Assembly: GCA_002269645.1 (NCBI GenBank)
Contig: NIVC01005107.1
Span: 1 to 26,196 of the forward strand
Direction: 5' to 3'
DNA: 26,196 nt
Source: Macrostomum lignano
Lineage: Eukaryota
Part shown: one piece after another, positions 18,601 to 26,196 of the stretch
How positions within the stretch are numbered: the stretch's first letter is position 1
Layout of the letters: every line of letters starts with the position of its first letter
Program-made: the position numbers and the translations under genes
The notes under the pieces: generated by a model
Database searches by the model: none
What the model was told of the DNA's origin: nothing
Seen by the model: the letters and a program-made list of their open reading frames with translations, nothing else

Positions 18601-21277
18601 GAGATTTGAGATTCACGATCTTATAACAGGCATCCTTACTGGGTATTCCTCAGCGCTGAAGCTGTTCCTACAGAACTGACACAGGCGTCGCCTCCTTGAG
18701 CAGGCATGATCGACGTGCTCCTTGAGAAACGCTCTGCACACCATGTCCCCGCAGTTCTGGGGGCAGAGCACCGCCACGTAGCGGCAAGTCTCCAGGTGGC
18801 TCTGCAAGCCGGTTTGAGCAGAGTGAATACGATTGCAATCGTGACTCCAGTTCCAGACCGAGGATTAGTTTGCGTCCTCGGGTTACAGGTTTAGGTTGGG
18901 AAATATTGATGTTTGAATAGGAGCGCTCTGAGGTGTGTCGGGTTTCATGAGTTTCACTTTATGCCTACGAGGTTTGCCTCAAAAAGCAAAAAAACTTTTG
19001 GAGCAAAAGCATGTTGGAAAAGTCTAACAACTATTGGCGCCAGAGTCAAACATCTATTGGCGCCAGAGTCAAACAACTATTGGCGCCAGAGTCAAACAAC
19101 TATTGGCGCCAGAGTCCAAACAACTATTGGCGCCAGAGTCAAACAACTATTGGCGCCAGAGTCAAACAACTATTGGCGCCAGAGTCCAAACAACTATTGG
19201 CGCCAGAGTCAAACAACTATTGGCGCCAGAGTCAAACAACTATTGGCGCCAGAGTCCAAACAACTATTGGCGCCAGAGTCAAACAACTATTGGCGCCAGA
19301 GTCAAACAACTATTGGCGCCAGAGTCCAAACAACTATTGGCGCCAGAGTCCAAACAACTATTGGCGCCAGAATCAAACAACTATTGGCGCCAGAGTCATT
19401 GCACCAGAGTCAAGTATTTATTGGCGCTAGAATCAAGCATCAGGATTTGTTATCGGCACAGCAGTTCATGGATTTTAGCTCTGGGATATTAAGGCTCTCA
19501 ACCGCGGCAAAAAATACGAAATAAAAATGTTGGGTAATAAATGCACAAGCAAAGAGAAGAGAAACAGACACTTGAAGAGACGAAGTGAAGGCAAGATAAT
19601 TAAGCGTACACACGGTGCTACACAATGGAGCGAGTGTATGTAGCATGTACATGCAAAGAGAGGAGGCAAGAGAGTAAAGAGAACTAAATAATAAGATCGT
19701 ATACAGTAACTTTCAGCCGCGAGGTTGTCCATAGAAATATCATAAAGGCAGGTCGGGGTTGTTCGTAAGAACTGCTTAGCAAACATTTGGACTCGTTGAA
19801 GATGGATTCAAGTTGAATTCCACTGGATATTAAGAAAGAATAAGGAGAAGTGATTGAAACACTCAGTGTAAAGAAGATGAAAGAGGAAATAAGAGTAAGA
19901 GGGAATAGAGGGGAGAGGGGACAGATGGGATGATTGCCATTGTGAAGTTTCAAAGGACCCGAGGGACGGATGGATAGAGAGGAGAGGCTTCGCGGGCCGC
20001 ATGTGGGCTCTGGGAACAGGGAGTCGTGAATGCAGTTTGGACGTGAGCAATGCAATAGGGGAATGGGTCTGCATTTCTGATGCGCAATAAATTGCATGAA
20101 ATTCATCGCTGACAATAAGCTACCCACGCTCAGATCAAAATAGAAAGTATCTGAACTCAATCAGACCATAAAATCTGTTGAGTGCAGCAATAAAGGAATC
20201 TATCCGAGACAAAAGACTACATTTTTTCATAGACGTAGGCTTAACGCTTCAATGACGAATTCCTATCTGTAGTTATCTGTGTACGATATGAGTACCTTTC
20301 AGTTTTTAGATATTTACCATGCATTTCCAATGGCACACGAAGAAAGACCCGAGGACTCCAAAGAATTTCTATAAAGTATCAATTTTTCATGTTGTAGATT
20401 CCAAAGGTCCCTTCGAAAGTGACGCTGCTCTATTTTTTTACCTTTATGGCAGCGTTTCTTGCTGCTGTTGAAATTTTATGCACCTTATGCTGCTTTTTGG
20501 ATGGTGATAACACTGATTGTGATAACTAAATACTGAATGATCAGGGAAAAATGTCATGAAGGCACCGTCCCTGGACATTCACCACTCTCTCACCATATCA
20601 TGCGTTACTCACCGGCACATTTCGGACGATGTCAACCCAGCGACAGCCTTGAGGCTCCTGTGGACATCGAACCATGCAGTTTTCAATTTGGTTGCTCAGT
20701 TCAACGCTGCTTTTCACCTGGTGAATTGATTGGAAATTACCTAATAGAGTGTCTTTGGCGGTTACTGTCGGCGCAAACATTTGACTAATTAAAAAGACAT
20801 TGAGAGGTAATTCCTGGTATCTCAGAGAGGCGATTATAGGTCTCTAAAGAACGATTTCAGGTCACTCTGTCACTCTGGGGCGATTCTTGGTTACTCATGG
20901 GGCAATTCCTATAGGCAGTCTAAGGGGCGATTGTTGCTCACTTTGAACAGCGATATGATTCTCAGTCTTACATTCCTACTATCCACTCGTTGTTCATCCA
21001 ATGGGCACATCAGGCTCGAGTCCAGGTCCAGTGATGCACGATTGTGACTGAAATATAATAGGAAATTTTCATGCTATCGTCTCTACATGATCTAGACAGC
21101 AGAGCACAATAAATCTACTCACCTGTGACCTCGTCTATGCCTCGGTCGTAGACAGGAGTCGCAGAACACGTGCTGACAGGAGGTCAAAACTACTGGAGCC
21201 TGCATCGGCAGCTTGCAGATCGGGCAGATGCACTGCTTCGGCACGCTGTCCACGAAGAAATAAGTGTAGCCAGGCAT
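15022..21277 (-). CDS. TRAF4: TNF receptor-associated factor 4 orthologue; join(21277-21123,21047-20972,20717-20613,18801-18640,17165-17004,16493-16077,15660-15022), 571 aa
   Basis: Starts MPGY.Y.F, RING (CPICKLPM..P....CQHVFCDSC...MCPLD), TRAF zinc fingers (CPQNCG, CENKCG), coiled coil and MATH domain (FYTGRPGYRLQASAFLNGNGSGAGRYLSLY..LPGEFD..LDWPF; FTPDPSWRHFKRP; FGFPKF). Exons 3-5 are 105/162/162 nt, matching vertebrate TRAF4 exon sizes as recalled. All phases chain. Confidence 0.92.
16077..16493 (-). CDS. TRAF4: TRAF4 exon 6 (expanded, low-complexity)
   Basis: 417 nt; begins THIQQC, ends CPLKWCGCQFK; cactcacAG acceptor and GTGAG donor. Confidence 0.8.
16550..16850. repeat. 21-bp minisatellite (TGGCTTTAGGGATGGGATCTA) in TRAF4 intron 5
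   Basis: About 14 degenerate copies. Confidence 0.9.
17004..17165 (-). CDS. TRAF4: TRAF4 exon 5 (zinc finger), not in the ORF track
   Basis: 162 nt, KHEGTCPDEQVWCENKCG...CSFCRKRFLFDTLQ, ctttcAG acceptor and GTTGGT donor. Confidence 0.9.
17301..18620. repeat. 21-bp tandem array (GATTCAGGATCTGAGATTTGG), about 63 copies, in TRAF4 intron 4
   Basis: Highly homogeneous; a few single-base variants recur at 567-bp spacing. Confidence 0.97.
18640..18801 (-). CDS. TRAF4: TRAF4 exon 4 (zinc finger)
   Basis: 162 nt, SHLETC...CPQNCG...CQFC, gcttgcAG acceptor and GTAAG donor. Confidence 0.9.
19025..19430. repeat. 23/24-bp array (ACAACTATTGGCGCCAGAGTCAA) with a 70-bp higher-order period, in TRAF4 intron 3
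   Basis: The 24-bp variant AGAGTCCAAA falls at 19111, 19181, 19251 and 19321. Confidence 0.95.
19880..20000 (+). repeat. Dispersed repeat fragment shared with the SINE-like element at about 4445-4580
   Basis: 34-bp identity GATTGCCATTGTGAAGTTTCAAAGGACCCGAGGG (19932-19965 = 4520-4553), both preceded by GA-rich tracts. Confidence 0.7.
20613..20717 (-). CDS. TRAF4: TRAF4 exon 3
   Basis: 105 nt, VKSSVEL...RCPQEPQGCRW...VP, ttcaccAG acceptor and GTGAG donor. Confidence 0.85.
20800..20960. repeat. Degenerate short tandem repeat (GGCGATT cores) in TRAF4 intron 2
   Basis: Five to six GGCGATT/GGCAATT/ACGATT cores at roughly 22-45-bp spacing. Confidence 0.4.
20972..21047 (-). CDS. TRAF4: TRAF4 exon 2 (HNRASLDLDSSLMCPLDEQRVDSRN), not in the ORF track
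   Basis: tatatttcAG acceptor, GTAAG donor; supplies the final RING CPxD. Confidence 0.85.
21123..21277 (-). CDS. TRAF4: TRAF4 exon 1 (RING N-terminal part)
   Basis: ATG at 21277, GTGAG donor, phase 2. Confidence 0.9.
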
Positions 21278-24200
21278 TCTATCTTCGGGTGGCGTCTTTA
21301 GACTAGTTGAACAAAATCTGGTTGTTTTAAACAACTAATTTGGTATAGATTGCATTTTGGATATCACCTGAATAGGACCCTTTTGTGCCTGAGGCTCGCT
21401 TGACTACAAAGAGATTAAACAGCTTTGTGTACTCAGGCTTAGCAACCTAAAATGGATTTTTCTTTTCTTACATGTCTCTGTGTATATTCTCAGTCTTCCA
21501 GGGGTCTTATGAAAGTTTAAATAACAGACTCGCGAGAGTGAGACCACTCGAGAGAAGGTTTGTGCTGACCCGTCAAGCTCTCGACTCTAGCGCTTTAGCT
21601 GTGCGCTCAGCAGCCAGGATTTCCCTTGTCGCGAAGTAGACGCGACTGGCAAGTCATTGGTCCGAGGACCGTGGGTACGTGTCACTGGTCTCCCCTGTAC
21701 TGCCAACGCTTGTGCTCGTTGTACAGAGTTCTATAGAGATTGGGGTAGAGCAAGACGTACATACCTGGACTAAATTGGCCTCTCGCCTCTCTCTCCTGAT
21801 TTACCCCGTCTCTAGGTCGACTCCGCTTTGACGGGGGGTAGAGAGGACAGAGAGGCTTGCAAAGCAAGCCCGCCTCCCCTCAACCCAGCGTTTCAGTTCA
21901 ATGTGACTCAACTGTGTTGGGGTCGCCATTTATGGAGGTTATAGTTGAGTGCTCTCTTGCACAGCAGAAAGAGAGCTGTTGTTTGGGACAACAGATTTGA
22001 AAATATTTAGTCGGGTGCTAGAGGAGTTCGTGTGGGCTTCTTTACTATAGTAGGACTCATAATTAACCTGCCCAGAGTAATATTCTCTTTACTTGGTCAG
22101 TAAAGGGAACAAGTGTAAGGGTCAGTCCGGCAATTCTGTTCGTTTAGGCGTGCGTTTTGCTTCTAGCACATTCCTTTTATTGAATTGTTTCTTTGCCCGT
22201 TCCTCTTCCACTGTCCCGGTCTCCCCCTCTCTCAACTCAAACCGTTGTTTCATTCCGTCGGACTTTAGCCGACTACATAGACCTCTAGATTGCCTGGATT
22301 GGAAAGCCATCCAAGACATCAGACATTCTTCATACTCCCGATTGTTAAAGGTTCTTCTGTAGGCCCTGCGTGGCTACAGTCCAGGTCTTTAGCCAGAGGT
22401 CCCTTACCGGGCTTGTCAAAGCTCCAAGCTCAGCAGTTCTCTGCTACCCTAAAGATCCAATTATAGAAATGCTACAAAAACACGAGAGCGCCTCTGGCGG
22501 TTTAGGCGGTAAATTAGCGACTGGAAACTGGCGTAATAATGCTATAGGTAGCTAAATTAATTATTAACTGTATTGGCCCGCGCACTGCGCCGGTGTAATC
22601 AATAAACTTTGAGCTAAATATTTTAGCTCTTGTTTAACTGAGGTTCATCAATCAATCGATGAAAGATTTTTTAGATGAAATGAATCGAACAGTGCTAACT
22701 TCTAAACTTTTCTGGTTAAAATTAGGTAAATTAAATTGATTTCTAACTTGCACCAGAGGGAAATTGTTAAACGCAAGATTTACTGGATTTTGTGTTTCTT
22801 CGTCATTTTTCTTTTAGTTGTGTACTATATAACAGATATTTACTACTGTTAGTACTACTGTTAGTACTGATAGTTACTGCCTCGTGTGGAATTCAAAGCC
22901 TACTATAAAAAGGCTATGTTGATAGGAACGATTTTTTAGAATTTGTGCATTTAAGAAGTAACAGTGAAATCAAATAAGTCTTGGCATTGACGGCTATAGT
23001 GTTTGACTTCACCCTTACTAGTACTGCTAGTGCACTTTAACACACATCTTTCGCAGTTTTTATTGATAATAACGCTTGAATCCAACCGAAGTGTCAATTC
23101 TCAAGAGAGCTCTGTCCAAACACTGCTCGATCATTTTTCCCTACAATTTCTGCGGACAGAACGACTATATATATAACTACTTATATATAGTAACTACTTA
23201 TATAGATGGCTATGGATTTTTTAGCATTAAAACTTGCTACTGCATCTAAATATTTTGATTGGACTGACATCTCTGCACCTCATCAGTGTCATCAGTATGC
23301 TGTGATTTCAGCTCGGCACTTATCATATCATAGCATGTGCTACTCCAATTCTCATGGTAAGTTTGTTTTCCATTTTCGGCAACTTAAGCAAGACATTTTT
23401 TTAACTGGAAGCAACTGGAAAATTGATCAAGTCAATATTCGAGCCAGAAGTGCCAGGGCGTTGAGGCGAGAGTAATCGAAGACAGTTTTCGGAATGGCAC
23501 TTTTGTATTTAATTCCAAGGCTATAGCAGCTCTCACTGAGTCTGAAGTCTGGGTTTGCGGAGTCTGGCAAATACAGAGCTGGTCCCTCTGCATGCTTGCT
23601 CGTGCCGATTCAATTATTTTCAGCCATTTCTGCGACAACCGCGCGGACTAAAGGCCAGTCCAAAGATTGGGACGAGCACCCATCGATACAGAAAAATCGA
23701 CTGGTTGAGCACGGGCGGCTTTGCTTTCACTTCTTCAGCCAGCTCAACCAGACTAGTCGGCAACGTTGCTTGCGCGTCTTGTTGCTGTAGCACTTAAGAA
23801 TCTGTGAAGAACCCCGCAGAAGCACTCCGACAAGTTTTAACTGGCCGTTGGCTGGGATTGAGCATGAGTAGCAGGGAAAGGGTATTACGTCGTTGCTTTA
23901 ACTACTTTGCAGACTCGCTTGCAACTGCAGACACTTCAGAACCTGAGCCTTTTCGCGCTCCCAACACTTTGAGCAGCAATGTTTCTAAACCCGAGAACAG
24001 AAATATTTGAATTGAAACGAGCGAGATGACGCAAAATCACTCTTCCAGCTGCACACTGCTTCCCACTAGGCCTCTTGTCAAAAGAACACTATTAGACTTG
24101 TGAGCGTTGATTTTTTTCATATCTGCCTGATTTCACAGTGACATACTCGTATAGTGACCTCAGCTGCTTGAACCTGAATGCAGCATCACTTTCACTACTC

Positions 24201-25025
24201 ACCCGGAAATTTCATGCATTTTTGAAGAAAAAATTATTTATCGGGAAGTTCATGGAATGGCCACTACCTAGCTCTCTCTCTCTCTTCATCAGTCCCGTTC
24301 TTTCTCTCACCCACCTCTGCCCCCCTCCGATCTCATTCGCTGGCCAGCTTGCTTCATTGTGGCCGTGCCCACGCAAACGCAAGCTTTTCATACTCGCGCC
24401 TCACGCCCTCGCACCAGAACTCTACAGCAGACAGCGTTCGAATCCCTTCTTCTCTTAGTCTCCATGGTTGCCTTATTACTGTTAAATCTGACACTGCATA
24501 GAAAAATTCGCTCTAAGTTGGCGGCCCCAACGAAATTGTAGGCCCAAGACTTTCTCAGACAGTCAGCGCAAAGCACACAGCAGGAGCTCCATCTTTTCTC
24601 TTTCTGTATCACTCCTGGCTTGCTTTACCCGAAGGACTCTCTTCCTGCTCTCAAGATTTCGCTCCCGCCTACGCACGGTAACTACTGTACATAGCCAAAA
24701 GCCATCTCAAACACTGCAGCTGTCAAGATTGCCTACCCGAAGGGAGACAATCAGCCAACCATAATTCGACGTTCCCACGCTTCACGGCGTTGTTGAAACG
24801 ACAGGCAGGCCTAAAGTAGACGCTGGAAGTAGAGGCGCCAGGTGCAACTCAACTCTGCACAGTGCTTATTTTAAGCCGCACAGACTGTTTAAGCCCACCC
24901 CAAGCTCCATTGTCTGTCGCCATTCGCTTCTGGTAGCGCGGTTCTTTCCCGCTCAAGTCCAACCCGGTGGTGGGTCGTCCGCGCACCTCCCCTCCGCCTC
25001 ACTTAATAACGAGGATTAAAAGGGA

Positions 25026-25032
25026 TATATAA
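25026..25032 (+). promoter_or_regulatory. Possible TATA box of the neuregulin-like gene
   Basis: TATATAA about 85 nt upstream of ATG 25116; motif and position only. Confidence 0.25.
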
Positions 25033-25115
25033 TGTCTGCATTGTTTGTGAAAATCCAACAGTCTACCTACAGCGCTTACTGATTAACTTGGCTAGTGTTG
25101 CACCGGTCTACCAAA

Positions 25116-25680
25116 ATGCAATTCTGTAACGGCATGCACCGCCTAGCTGCAGTGCTGTTCATTGCGCTCGTCGTGCTTTGCTTCACTTCGGCGAATGCCA
25201 GTCGCCGCAAATGGCGCAGTCTGCACCAAACAGCATTCGGAGAGGCTGATGGTCAGATGGAGTGCGGCAGGCAGTTTCACGACATCCAGTCCAAGTGGCT
25301 GCAGTCGAAGTTGGTGCTGCGGGCTCTCAATTGGCAGATCATTGAATCAGCAAGCGCCTCTCATCGATTCAATCTAACCATTGTGGTCCACTCGGTGCTG
25401 AAAATTGGAGGCTCCAAATCTGGTCCCAGGCTACGAATCAGCAATGGCAGTCGCATCACGGTGGGAGAGTTCAGCGGCGCACTTTCAAGACGGCAGCGAT
25501 CTCGACAGAGACAGCAGTGCACGCCTAGCCGACTCCGCAGCAACGACAAGGGCTACATCTTCTTCCTGAAGCCGACGCTGGACCCGACATACTTTAAGCA
25601 CAGTTTCCTGCCGATAAAGTTCCGCTCCAGGAGGTTGCGCAAGTTCGACCGAGTCAGCTGTGGACGTCGAAACCGATGTC
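25116..25680 (+). CDS. First coding exon of a secreted neuregulin-2/GGF2/vein-like EGF-family ligand (signal peptide plus N-terminal domain); continues beyond window
   Basis: Signal peptide MHRLAAVLFIALVVLCFTSANA. YIFFLKPTLDPTYFKHSFLPI...SC resembles the recalled NRG2 N-terminal segment YIFFLEPTEQPLVFKTAFAPL...LC. Phase-1 GTAAG donor at 25681 fits a following Ig exon. Start could be ATG 25116 or 25134. The EGF domain is not visible in the window. Confidence 0.7.
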
Positions 25681-26196
25681 GTAAGAGCCAAAATCCATTT
25701 TCATGCGAGTATTACATAATGCACTGGTTTGCTGAGTTTGCTTAACTTTTACTGTCACTGATTACTTTGAGACGATGGATAAATAATATGGCTAGTTTGA
25801 AGTCGGAAAGTGGGGCTTTATGGTTGGATTTTGTGCCAGACGCTGCCTCCTACTACAATAGCATATTTTTTCCTACTGTGGAGCACGCATAGACATAGAG
25901 TCAGGTAGAAAGCAAACTAAGGTGGGTGGCGTGGGCACACAAGTTGGCTGACTGACGATTTTCGCTGTTGAAAACTATTTTTAAACCGATTCTAGAATTC
26001 TTTTGTTTAGTTGAGAGGCAATTTGCACCGGCTCAACAGTTTTATGGTGCAAGCCTATAGCCTCTTTTTAGCCGTAGCCGTAACAACGTCGTATGGAGTT
26101 ATTTGGTTTTCATCGTAAATATAGGGCTTTACAAAATCAGACAAACTCTGCTGGTATCCCATTTTATTTTTATGGTTTCAATAGTGTCTAAACATT

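Noticed and set aside
17231-18616. 461-aa NPKSQIL repeat ORF
   Set aside because: It lies within TRAF4 intron 4 and is a stop-free frame of the 21-bp array.
20718-20784. Extending TRAF4 exon 3 upstream (MFAPTVTAKD...) via the acceptor at 20785
   Set aside because: It lacks the final RING CPxD; the separate exon 20972-21047 supplies it and gives a 105-nt exon 3.
22488-22502. CTCF-like CCGCCAGAGGCGC on the minus strand
   Set aside because: One base short of the consensus spacing; a single motif with no support.

Overview
Eukaryotic (animal) genomic DNA with GT-AG introns, GC-rich exons and introns packed with minisatellites; the style suggests a flatworm or other lophotrochozoan, but that is inference only. 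Four protein-coding genes can be assembled by hand from splice sites and reading phase. (1) The 3' part of a transmembrane adenylyl-cyclase-like gene on + (exons 965-9761; about 1,640 aa in the window; 5' half outside it). Its C2 domain has lost the canonical catalytic residues and is followed by a ~1,030-aa low-complexity tail with repeated YDN motifs and a PDZ-type end. (2) A two-exon class A GPCR of the invertebrate melatonin-receptor-like type on - (12264-10637, 354 aa) with non-canonical DRY and NPxxY motifs. (3) A complete seven-exon TRAF4 orthologue on - (21277-15022, 571 aa) in which one zinc finger is replaced by a low-complexity insert. (4) The first coding exon of a secreted neuregulin-2/vein-like protein on + (25116-25680). 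Between and within these genes lie about nine tandem-repeat arrays, several with higher-order structure, and two tRNA-derived SINE-like elements. Most long ORFs in the supplied track are artefacts of the repeats or of GC-rich antisense frames. No prokaryotic features, CRISPR arrays or rRNA were seen. All calls come from reading the sequence and from recalled family motifs; no searches were run.
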